Position numbers and translations under genes: made by a program
NCBI GenBank assembly: GCA_024278985.1
Contig: JAJRSC010000003.1
Coordinates: 1-51,144 of the forward strand
Origin: an archaeon
GTDB lineage: Archaea; AGJL01; Methanococci; Methanococcales; Methanocaldococcaceae
Length of the DNA: 51,144 nt
Reading direction: 5' to 3'
In this document: positions 42,668 through 51,144 of the stretch, piece after piece
Layout: every line of letters starts with the position of its first letter
How positions within the stretch are numbered: the first letter of the stretch is position 1
The notes under the pieces: model-generated
Told to the model about the DNA's origin: nothing
Seen by the model: only the letters and a program-made list of their open reading frames with translations
Databases searched by the model: none

Positions 42668-43423
42668 TCAATCAATTGGGACAACTATTGGAATACCTTT
42701 TATATTTTCAATATATACCTCAACACCATAAACTGCTTTAATATTCTCAGGAGTTATTATCTCTTTTCCACCTTCTGCATATATAAATCCATCCTTAAGC
42801 ATAATAAATTTATCAGAATATCTTAAAGCTAAATTTAAGTCATGCATAACCATAATTACAGTAATATTTTGAGAATAAGATATATTTTTAATTATTTTCA
42901 TAACCTCTAATTGATTTTTTAAATCTAAGTTATTTGTTGGTTCATCTAATAATAAAATTTCAGGTTCTTGAACTAAAGCCCATGCTATTACAACCTTTTG
43001 TAACTCTCCACCACTTAATTCATTTGTATATCTAAAGGCATATTCTTCTAATCTCAATAACTTTAAAACTTTTTCAGCAATTTTAATATCTCTTTCAGTT
43101 ATGTCAAATTTAATATATGGCTTTCTTTCCAATAAAATGTAATCAAAAACTGTTAAATAGTTCCCACTAAACTTTTGTGGAACATATGCAAGTTTTTTGG
43201 CTAAAGTTAGATTATCCAACTCCTCAATATTATATTTATCTATTAATATAACTCCTTTTTTAGGTTTTAAAATTTTGTTAATGCATTTTAATAATGTAGA
43301 TTTTCCAGCTCCATTAACACCTAAAATAGAAACAACTTCTCCTCTATTTACTTTAAAAGTAATGTTATTAAGTATTTTTCTGCTTTTATAATAAAACTCA
43401 ATGCCATTAACTGATAAAATCAT
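42668..43423 (-). CDS. Metal-chelate (iron-siderophore/cobalamin type) ABC transporter ATPase
   Basis: [22 protein letters not shown] and HDLN motifs. Confidence 0.93.
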   Translation of the reverse strand: MILSVNGIEFYYKSRKILNNITFKVNRGEVVSILGVNGAGKSTLLKCINKILKPKKGVILIDKYNIEELDNLTLAKKLAYVPQKFSGNYLTVFDYILLERKPYIKFDITERDIKIAEKVLKLLRLEEYAFRYTNELSGGELQKVVIAWALVQEPEILLLDEPTNNLDLKNQLEVMKIIKNISYSQNITVIMVMHDLNLALRYSDKFIMLKDGFIYAEGGKEIITPENIKAVYGVEVYIENIKGIPIVVPID

Positions 43424-43429
43424 AAATAA

Positions 43430-44464
43430 TCACTTATATATTTTAATTAAAAGATAAATAAGCATTGGAGCTCCTAAAAATGATGTTATTATTCCAACAG
43501 GCAATACTACAGGAGATATTATTGTTCTTGAGACAATATCAGAACATAACAAAAGAACAGCTCCAAATAATGAAGATAATGGTATTAAAAATCTATAATC
43601 TCCCCCTATTACCATTCTAACTATATGGGGACTAATTAACCCAACAAATCCAATAATTCCTAAAAAAGCAACATTTACAGATACTAATATAGAACTAATA
43701 AGCATAGATATTAATCTTAATCTATATATATCCACCCCTAACGACTTAGCCACTTCATCTCCACTTTCAAGAGCATTAAAATCCCATCTCTTATGCATAA
43801 AATAAACAAATGAAAATAATAATACTACAAATATAATATAAAGTTCATTCCAGTTTATTCTACCTAAGTCTCCAAAACTCCAAGCTACAATCATTGCAAG
43901 TTTTAATTCATCAGCAAAATATTGAATAGTCATAGTTCCAGCAGTAAATAATGAACTTATTGCAACTCCTGCCAAAATCATGGCTTCAGGTGTGAAGTTT
44001 CTTAACTTTGATAAAATTAAAATAATCTTAACACTTATCAAACTTCCCAGAAATGCAAAAATAGTTATAATATAGGGATTATTTATAATTATTTCATTTT
44101 TAATATCTCCAAAACCTAATAATAATATGGCTAATGCTGCTCCAAACATTGCTCCATGAGATATACCTAAAGTAAATGGACTTGCTAATGGATTTCTTAA
44201 AATACATTGCATTACTGCTCCAGATATTGATAAGGAAATTCCTGCAAGTATAGCTGCTAAAACTCTTGGTAATCTTATGTTCCATACAACAACTTTAGTT
44301 GTATCATTTCCCAATCCAAAAAGAGCTTCTATAACCTTACTAAAACTAATATTATAGTCTCCAATAGATATTCCTAAAATTGAAAAAAATATTAAAAATA
44401 TTATCAGTATAATCCCAAAAATGATTTTTTTGTAAATATAGTATTTATATTTTTTTAGTAGCAT
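43430..44464 (-). CDS. FecCD/BtuC-family ABC permease
   Basis: IRLPR, Q..LRNPLA.P..LG, G...A.SLG and IGFVGL..PH motifs. Confidence 0.94.
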   Translation of the reverse strand: MLLKKYKYYIYKKIIFGIILIIFLIFFSILGISIGDYNISFSKVIEALFGLGNDTTKVVVWNIRLPRVLAAILAGISLSISGAVMQCILRNPLASPFTLGISHGAMFGAALAILLLGFGDIKNEIIINNPYIITIFAFLGSLISVKIILILSKLRNFTPEAMILAGVAISSLFTAGTMTIQYFADELKLAMIVAWSFGDLGRINWNELYIIFVVLLFSFVYFMHKRWDFNALESGDEVAKSLGVDIYRLRLISMLISSILVSVNVAFLGIIGFVGLISPHIVRMVIGGDYRFLIPLSSLFGAVLLLCSDIVSRTIISPVVLPVGIITSFLGAPMLIYLLIKIYK

Positions 44465-44476
44465 AAAATCACTTTA

Positions 44477-45505
44477 TTATACTTTTTTAGCAATAATCAT
44501 TTTTGTGTCTTTATGTAAATCAATCTTTGTTATATTTTTAACATCAACTACTTCCAATATTTCAAAACCCAAATATTTTAAATATTCTATGTAATTATTT
44601 AAATCTAAATCATCTTTAAATGTATATCTATATTTTCCTTTATTTATATTGTCAAATTTAAAAAAATTCCATTCCATATTGTTTATTAAATCCTCTAAGG
44701 ATTTGTTTTCAAAATAAAAGCACTGTTTATTAATATATAAACCTCCAGGATTTAAAGAATTATAAATTTTTTTAGCTATCTCTTTATTTTTTCCTCCTGG
44801 ATTATAAGATGAAAATACAATATCATACCCTTTACCAATATCATCTTTAAAAAAGTTTCCTTTCAAAGTAAAAACATTTTTTGCATTGTATTCTTTAATA
44901 TACTTTTTTGTTTCTTCTATAACTTCAGGTAAGTCAAAAACATAACATTTTAAATTTTTATTTAGCTTACTAAATGCTATAGCATAAAGTCCATGACCTC
45001 CTCCTAAATCTAACATTTTTCTGGCTTTTTTAATTTCATCAAATTTTAATAAATAACTTACTATTTTGTCAAGTTCTAAAATTTTACATTCAATAGCCAT
45101 TTTTTTAATAATTTTTAAAAATATTTTATTGCAGTTATATTTTGGTGATTTTAATATATCTTTTAAATTTTTCCAATATTCTATTTTTTCATAATAATCA
45201 TCAAAATGAAGGACTAAATTAAAATCTGATGATTTATTAATATATTTAGATAGTTCTAATGCTTTATAATACTTTACACCAGAATGTTCAGTTCTGTCTA
45301 AAAGATGAAGTTCTGATAAAATATCTAATAAATACTCTAAGAGGGTTTCATCATAGTTTAAAATTTTTGCTAATTCATTAACACTTTTATAGTCATCTAA
45401 ATAAGAAAAAATATTTATATCAATAACAGTTTTTAAAAGATAAAATAATCTTGTTTTTGTATATAATTCATCAAAAAAATTTAATAAGTCATTTATATCT
45501 TTCAT
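44477..45505 (-). CDS. Class I SAM-dependent methyltransferase (O-methyltransferase-like, N-terminal winged-helix/dimerisation domain)
   Basis: LDLGGGHG, FDLP.V, GNFF..D....YD and L.PGG motifs. Confidence 0.88.
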   Translation of the reverse strand: MKDINDLLNFFDELYTKTRLFYLLKTVIDINIFSYLDDYKSVNELAKILNYDETLLEYLLDILSELHLLDRTEHSGVKYYKALELSKYINKSSDFNLVLHFDDYYEKIEYWKNLKDILKSPKYNCNKIFLKIIKKMAIECKILELDKIVSYLLKFDEIKKARKMLDLGGGHGLYAIAFSKLNKNLKCYVFDLPEVIEETKKYIKEYNAKNVFTLKGNFFKDDIGKGYDIVFSSYNPGGKNKEIAKKIYNSLNPGGLYINKQCFYFENKSLEDLINNMEWNFFKFDNINKGKYRYTFKDDLDLNNYIEYLKYLGFEILEVVDVKNITKIDLHKDTKMIIAKKV

Positions 45506-45531
45506 ATTTTCCCAAAAATTTTTTATGATAA

Positions 45532-46632
45532 TTAACTAAAATTAAGTTTTTTAAATCCTCCCCAAAAGTTGGCCATTTCTTTATAAACTGGTTTTCCTAC
45601 TAAGAAAATATAAATTTCATCTGCTTTTTCTTCTGGATTTATATCTTTAAACCTTTCTGGATATAGAACTTTCCCAATATAGTAAGCATCTGCTAAGGCA
45701 GTTCCAATATTGGTATTATAGAAGTTGTAAGGTAATAATCCATAAACATTTCCAGTTTTAAATGCCTTTAATGATTCATAAAATTCTTTATTTTTCTTAT
45801 AATCTTCTATAACTAACTTTAATCCCCCTTCATCAATAAATATAATATCAGGATTCCATTCTAATAGTTGTTCTTTAGAGATAGTTACATGTCCAGTTTT
45901 GTTTAGTGAAGATGCAACATTTTTAGCATTTACAGCTCTAAATGGTGGATAATCTGCTATAGTACTTTCAATACCTCTCTGTCCTTTATAACCTACTCCC
46001 CCAACATAAACAGATGGTTTTTTATTGTCAGGAATATCTTTTGTTCTTTCAGATAGATTTTTTAATGTTTTATTTATAAAGTTAATAACATCTTTAGCTC
46101 TTTTTTCTTTCCCTAATATTTTTCCTGCTAATTCTATAGATTTAAATAGTTTATAGTCATTAAAATTTCCCAATGTTCCATAATCTAATAATACAACAGG
46201 AATTCCAATTTTTTTCTGTATTTCATCTGCATCTTCAGGTGGTATATTAATAGCAAAAATTACATCTGGATGAACTTTTAATATTGCCTCTAAGTTAGGT
46301 TTTGGACTTGGACCTCCTTGGCCAATTGTCGGAAGATTTGCTAATTCAGGATGTGCTAATCTATACGGTCTTCCATAAGGAATCCATTTTTTCTCGGCAT
46401 CTTCAACACCAACAACTTTATCTGTTGCATTTAAATATACAATTAATCTTAAACATCCGGGACCTAAACATACAATTCTATTTACGTCCTTTGGAATTTC
46501 AACAGTTCTTCCATATAAATCGGTTATAGTTATAGTTTTAGACTTTTCATTATGTTCGGTTGTTGTATTTATACATCCACAAAATCCGATAATAAATAAT
46601 ATCATTACTAATCCAAAGAATTTTTTTAACAC
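45532..46632 (-). CDS. Metal-chelate ABC transporter substrate-binding lipoprotein
   Basis: Lipobox FCGC, TD..GR.V.IP....RIV, NLE.I....PD and EQ...WNPD motifs; GTG start after AGGTGG. Confidence 0.93.
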   Translation of the reverse strand: MLKKFFGLVMILFIIGFCGCINTTTEHNEKSKTITITDLYGRTVEIPKDVNRIVCLGPGCLRLIVYLNATDKVVGVEDAEKKWIPYGRPYRLAHPELANLPTIGQGGPSPKPNLEAILKVHPDVIFAINIPPEDADEIQKKIGIPVVLLDYGTLGNFNDYKLFKSIELAGKILGKEKRAKDVINFINKTLKNLSERTKDIPDNKKPSVYVGGVGYKGQRGIESTIADYPPFRAVNAKNVASSLNKTGHVTISKEQLLEWNPDIIFIDEGGLKLVIEDYKKNKEFYESLKAFKTGNVYGLLPYNFYNTNIGTALADAYYIGKVLYPERFKDINPEEKADEIYIFLVGKPVYKEMANFWGGFKKLNFS

Positions 46633-46786
46633 GATACCACCTTATTATATTACTTATTATTAAATATTACTTAAATAATACTTATATATTACTTATTATG
46701 ATAAATTAAGTTTTAAGTAAGAAATAAAATATAAGTATAATTACTAAGATTAATTAAAATAATAAAATAATATAATACTTAATTAC

Positions 46787-48244
46787 TTATGATTTTTCTC
46801 CATGTTTTTCTAACCATTCATTTAATATTCTATCCCAGTTTTTCCTTAAAAATTCACCAACTTGAGAGGAATCTCTTGTTCCAACTACACAAGTCCATCC
46901 AGTTTTATCTTCAATATCTCCTCTTGTTGAAGCAGCTAATGCTGGGAGTATTATAATTCTATGTTTAACCTTATCTGCTATTCCAGTCTCTTCAATTAAT
47001 TTTTTAGCATTCTCTCCATTATATTGTCCTCCAGCAACAGAAACATCAACAGCCTTACCTCCAGTATCCATAACTAATAACCAACATGTTACATTATCTT
47101 TCTCAAAGTCCCCAGTAACTGTATAGAATGTTAATGAGAAATTAGTAGTTAGTATAACTGGACTATATTCATCAGGATTACCTATTGGATATAATCCTGG
47201 CTCAACTGCTTGTGGTTTTCTTGGGTCTGTATAAATTGCCTGTCTTAATGTTAAAACTGGCATTAACTCCCAAATGTCATAATTATGTAATATTAAAGCA
47301 TCTGCATATCTATTTATTAAAGCTGCTGCAATAGTTGCCTCAAACATTTTAGCAGCATCTTCTTTTTTAGAGATAAATTTCTCCATAGGACAACCATATT
47401 GTAGAGCATAATAATATGCCTTTATTGGTAAATTTAATATTGGAAATCCAAGATATTTATCACTTCTTTCTATTGCTGCTCTTCTAATAATAACATTATA
47501 ATCTAAGGTTTCAGCAATATTTTCAGGATAAGTATGTGGTTCTAAAACAATATCTTCAATATCATTAGCCAGACATTTAGCAGCCATATTTCTTAAATCT
47601 TTAATATTATTGGAAGATAACACTAAAGCAGCATCTTTATTTTTTAAATTTTTTAATATTTTTATAAAATCATTTAATGTCTCTTTTGTTGCAGCATATA
47701 TTAATGGTTTTGAGTTTATAACTTTAAGGGCTTCCTCAATAACCTTAGGATTTAAAGATGCCAAGGCAATGGGCATTTTTGTTTCATTTTCAACAATTTC
47801 AATGGCTTTTTTAAATTTTTCCACATCTCCAGATGCATTTCTTATAACAATAAAATCAAGTTTTAATTTTTCTCCAGTTCTCTCAAATTCAAATTTTTCT
47901 ATATCTTTAGCCCTTTTCTTAATTTCCTCTTCATCCAAGTTATCAGATATGTCAATTCCTATAGCTGTTGGATTAAAAAATGTTTTTTCATATCTATACA
48001 TTACTTCTTCTCCACCTAATAAAACTCTTCTTGTAGAATTTCCAAACCAAACTTCTTTAACTGGTGGAGAAATTAATTCTAAAAGTTTCTTTTTATTTTC
48101 AGGTTTAATAACAGGACATTTGTCAATACTTTCCTCTCTCTCTAATAGTTTTGTGGCAAAAGCCATACATGATGGATATCCACATCTCTTACAATTTACT
48201 TTTGGAAGAAGTTTATATATATCCATTACATTGACTTTTTTCAA
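46787..48244 (-). CDS. cdhE: Acetyl-CoA decarbonylase/synthase gamma subunit (corrinoid Fe-S protein, large)
   Basis: LP..NC..CG..SC.AFA cluster motif, IYTDPRKP and TTNF.LT; TTG at 48244 after GGTGAG preferred as start. Confidence 0.94.
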   Translation of the reverse strand: MKKVNVMDIYKLLPKVNCKRCGYPSCMAFATKLLEREESIDKCPVIKPENKKKLLELISPPVKEVWFGNSTRRVLLGGEEVMYRYEKTFFNPTAIGIDISDNLDEEEIKKRAKDIEKFEFERTGEKLKLDFIVIRNASGDVEKFKKAIEIVENETKMPIALASLNPKVIEEALKVINSKPLIYAATKETLNDFIKILKNLKNKDAALVLSSNNIKDLRNMAAKCLANDIEDIVLEPHTYPENIAETLDYNVIIRRAAIERSDKYLGFPILNLPIKAYYYALQYGCPMEKFISKKEDAAKMFEATIAAALINRYADALILHNYDIWELMPVLTLRQAIYTDPRKPQAVEPGLYPIGNPDEYSPVILTTNFSLTFYTVTGDFEKDNVTCWLLVMDTGGKAVDVSVAGGQYNGENAKKLIEETGIADKVKHRIIILPALAASTRGDIEDKTGWTCVVGTRDSSQVGEFLRKNWDRILNEWLEKHGEKS

Positions 48245-48252
48245 ACTCTCAC

Positions 48253-49431
48253 CTAAGCAATTATCCAATCATAGTTATTTAATTTAACTTTAACATCTCC
48301 AAATTTTGAAGTAAGAGTTCTACCAATTTCTTTAAGTGTTTTAACTGCTATTGGATTTAACATCATAAACATATCTACACCTGAGAGGAGCATAGTTAAT
48401 CCAGTAGTTATTTCCCAAAGTGGTAATCTATACTCTCTTGGACCCCATTCTTCTTTTTTCATCCATGCCTCTCTTGCACCATTAGCATTGGTTGTTCCTG
48501 AAGACATTGGCATATTAACTAATTCATCTCCCTTTAATCCACTTAATCTCAACCTTGTCATTGCATTTATTGAAAACTCTATTCCATATCCCAATGCACA
48601 TGTTGTTGGGTCCATAACTATTCTATTAGGGTCTAAACCTGCAGAAATAAGTTTTCTATTTAATTCCTTAGCCATATTTGGGTCCATAATAGACCATGCT
48701 AAAACATTATGGTCATATTTCATAGCAGCATCTACAATTTTTTTATAGTCCAGTTCTAAGTTTGCAGAAGCTAATAGACATCTATCTCCTTCACAAACTT
48801 CTGCACATGCTGCTAAAACTAATGGGTCTTTATCAGGATTTCCACTACCACCTATAACAAATGGAACCTTTACAGCTTGCATTAAATCTTCCATTAGTTT
48901 AGCAGCTTCTCTTGGTGAAGTGTCTTTAATTTTTGGGTCTGTTGAAATATGGTGAATAGTTATCATATCTGCCTCAAACTCTTTAACACATTTTTTAGCC
49001 CATTCACATGGGTCTTCCATAACATCCTCAAAGTATTGTTTAACTGGTTTTGGTAGGTTGTGAAGAGGAATATCAAAAATATCAAAAGTTACAACTGGTG
49101 GATTTGGATAAGGTTCTTCAAATCTATACAATGCTCTCTGCCCACCAACTTTAACAACAACCCCTCTACCACCTTCACTTTTTGGCTTACCAAATTGAAC
49201 CTCTCTAATTCTTCCAGGATATTTTTCAATTGGTAATTCAAAGTCCATCTCTGGGACTTCTTTAATTATAATCTCTTCCTCAGCCATTTTTTGCTTAACC
49301 TTTTGAGTTAAGGGCATCTTTATATAACCTGTTGGAACATTTATTATTAATTCATCAGCTTTAATGATTAAGTTGTTTATTTCAATACCTCCAGTTTTTT
49401 CAAGAATTTTAAGTAATTTATCTATATCCAT
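48253..49431 (-). CDS. cdhD: Acetyl-CoA decarbonylase/synthase delta subunit (corrinoid Fe-S protein, small)
   Basis: DP.EWAK, STDP, GGSGNP.KD, MDPTT.ALGYG.E and AREAW motifs. Confidence 0.94.
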   Translation of the reverse strand: MDIDKLLKILEKTGGIEINNLIIKADELIINVPTGYIKMPLTQKVKQKMAEEEIIIKEVPEMDFELPIEKYPGRIREVQFGKPKSEGGRGVVVKVGGQRALYRFEEPYPNPPVVTFDIFDIPLHNLPKPVKQYFEDVMEDPCEWAKKCVKEFEADMITIHHISTDPKIKDTSPREAAKLMEDLMQAVKVPFVIGGSGNPDKDPLVLAACAEVCEGDRCLLASANLELDYKKIVDAAMKYDHNVLAWSIMDPNMAKELNRKLISAGLDPNRIVMDPTTCALGYGIEFSINAMTRLRLSGLKGDELVNMPMSSGTTNANGAREAWMKKEEWGPREYRLPLWEITTGLTMLLSGVDMFMMLNPIAVKTLKEIGRTLTSKFGDVKVKLNNYDWIIA

Positions 49432-49700
49432 AATTTCACCAATCTGTCATTATAAATCATTACAAATTTAAAATTAAATAGTTATTAAACTTTGTTAATA
49501 TATAAACATTATTATTTCAAGGGTTTTAAAAGAAAATTTCAAAGAAATAAAGATTATTTTACTAAGTTTAATATCAAATTTTGTTAAAATGAGTGCTTAA
49601 TATTTACTATATAATTTTTTATAAACAATAAATAACTTTTAAAAATTAACAATCATAGAGTTAGATAATTAATTAACAAATAATATTTTGGTGAAATTTT

Positions 49701-50873
49701 ATGATGTTAGGAACTCCTCTTTTAAAGGGTAGTGTAAAATTTTTGTTATTGGGAAGTGGTGAGTTAGGAAAAGAGGTTGTTATAGAAGCTCAAAGGTTAG
49801 GAATTGAGTGTATAGCAGTAGATAGGTATCAAAATGCCCCTGCTATGCAGGTTGCTCATAAAAGCTATGTTATTGATATGAAAGATTATGATGCATTGAT
49901 GGCAATTATTGAAAGGGAAGAGCCTGATTATATTGTTCCTGAAATTGAAGCAATAAACACAGATGCATTAATAGATGCTGAAAAATCTGGATATAAAGTT
50001 ATTCCAACAGCTGAAACAACAAAAATAACAATGAATAGAGAGTTGATAAGAAGATTAGCAGCTGAAAAATTAAAATTAAAAACTGCTAATTATGCTTTTG
50101 CAGATTCTTTGGAAGAGTTAAAGGTAGCAGTTGAAAAAATTGGTTTTCCATGTGTTGTAAAACCAATTATGTCCTCATCTGGAAAGGGGCAGAGTGTGGT
50201 TAGAAGTGAGAAAGATATTGAGAAAGCCTGGAAGATAGCCAAGGAAGGAGCAAGAGGGTTAGGGAATAGAGTTATTGTAGAGGAGTTTATAAACTTTGAT
50301 TATGAAATAACCTTATTAACTGCAAGAACTTCTGAAGGAACTAAGTTTTGTGAGCCAATAGGGCATATATAAATAGATGGAGATTACCATGAGAGCTGGC
50401 AACCTCATAATATGTCTGTAGAATTAAAAAAACAGGCTCAAGAAATAGCTAAGAAGATTACAGATGCATTAGGAGGATATGGAATTTTTGGGGTTGAGTT
50501 GTTTATTAAAGGGGATGAGGTTATATTTAGTGAAGTTTCGCCAAGACCTCACGATACAGGAATGGTTACAATGATAACTCAAGAGATGAGTGAATTCGAA
50601 ATTCATGTTAGGGCTATTTTAGGGTTACCAGTATCTACAAAACTTATTCATCCAGGGGCAAGTCATGTAATAAAAGCAGAGATAAATAAATATGCTCCAA
50701 AATATCATAATATAGAGGAGGCTTTAAAAGTTCCAAATACTAAGTGGAGATTATTTGGTAAGCCAAATGCAAAAGTTGGTAGAAGAATGGGGGTTGCTTT
50801 AGCCTATGCTGATTCTGTAGAGAAAGCAAGAGAACTCGCTGAAAGATGTGCTCATGCAGTTAAAATTGAATAA
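49701..50873 (+). pseudogene. purT: Formate-dependent phosphoribosylglycinamide formyltransferase with in-frame TAA
   Basis: [32 protein letters not shown] and RRMGVALA motifs; reads [14 protein letters not shown] across TAA at 50370-50372. Confidence 0.92.
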
Positions 50874-50885
50874 TTTAAATCTATA

Positions 50886-50901
50886 GTGGGACAAAGCCCA
50901 C
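50886..50901 (+). terminator. Short GC hairpin downstream of purT
   Basis: GTGGG-ACAAAG-CCCAC 12 bp after the stop, followed by T-rich sequence. Confidence 0.35.
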
Positions 50902-50939
50902 ATATTTGAATATTTCTATTTTTACATTTAAATATTTAA

Positions 50940-51144
50940 ATGACATTTATCACGCTAAAAACTTTTTATTTTTAGTTTAGAGGAATTTAACCGGTTATTT
51001 TTCGATTTTAAGGATTTTTATCAATTTTCTAAGGGTCGCGTATTTTAATTATTTTAAATATTTAGATGTAGTGAATTATCGAGATTTTTAAAAGATTTTT
51101 GACAGTTAATTTTAAATTAAAATTTCCCCAATAAACAAAATTTA
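50940..51144 (+). repeat. Probable distal part of a Methanocaldococcus long-repeat (LR) CRISPR leader, cut by the window end
   Basis: Non-coding; blocks TTTTCTAAGGG, AATATTTA, AATTAT..GATTTTTAAAA and TAAAATTTC recall the M. jannaschii LR segment (from memory, not aligned). Confidence 0.5.

Noticed and set aside
49581-49590. TTGTTAAAAT identical to the leader-repeat junction
   Set aside because: Not followed by CAGACC; chance AT-rich match
37537-50873. Selenocysteine or pyrrolysine read-through in the split genes, prompted by pstK and the HrsM-like gene
   Set aside because: The interruptions are TAA or frameshifts, not TGA or TAG, and are not at Cys positions; no SECIS recognised

Overview
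AT-rich chromosomal segment of a hyperthermophilic methanogen, most likely Methanocaldococcaceae. This rests on a Methanocaldococcus-type CRISPR repeat and leader, PSTK, CofG, TfrA, methanogenesis marker 14, CdhD/E and a triplicated AtpK. The window opens with a leader and a CRISPR array of 48 repeats and 47 spacers, with no cas genes in view. The rest is mostly shuffled housekeeping genes: carA, cobA, pstK, leuS, tldD, dapB, wecC, trpA, an HrsM-like LysR regulator, MCM, cofG, tRNA-Leu(TAA), the A1Ao ATP synthase operon HIKECFAB, nadM, tfrA, dph6, a metal-chelate ABC operon, cdhDE and purT. Main oddities: (i) four single-lesion broken genes, all in the right quarter (PHP hydrolase, nnr, glmM, purT); (ii) a PKD surface protein with perfectly identical 72 and 74 bp internal blocks and a PIP/PVP-CTERM-like tail but no adjacent archaeosortase; (iii) a globin-like protein lacking the proximal His; (iv) a methyltransferase embedded in an ABC uptake operon behind a repeat-rich promoter; (v) a window end that resembles the distal part of a second CRISPR long leader. 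I found no convincing novel multi-gene system, integrase, transposase or reverse transcriptase. All family assignments come from motif recognition and memory, not from database searches.
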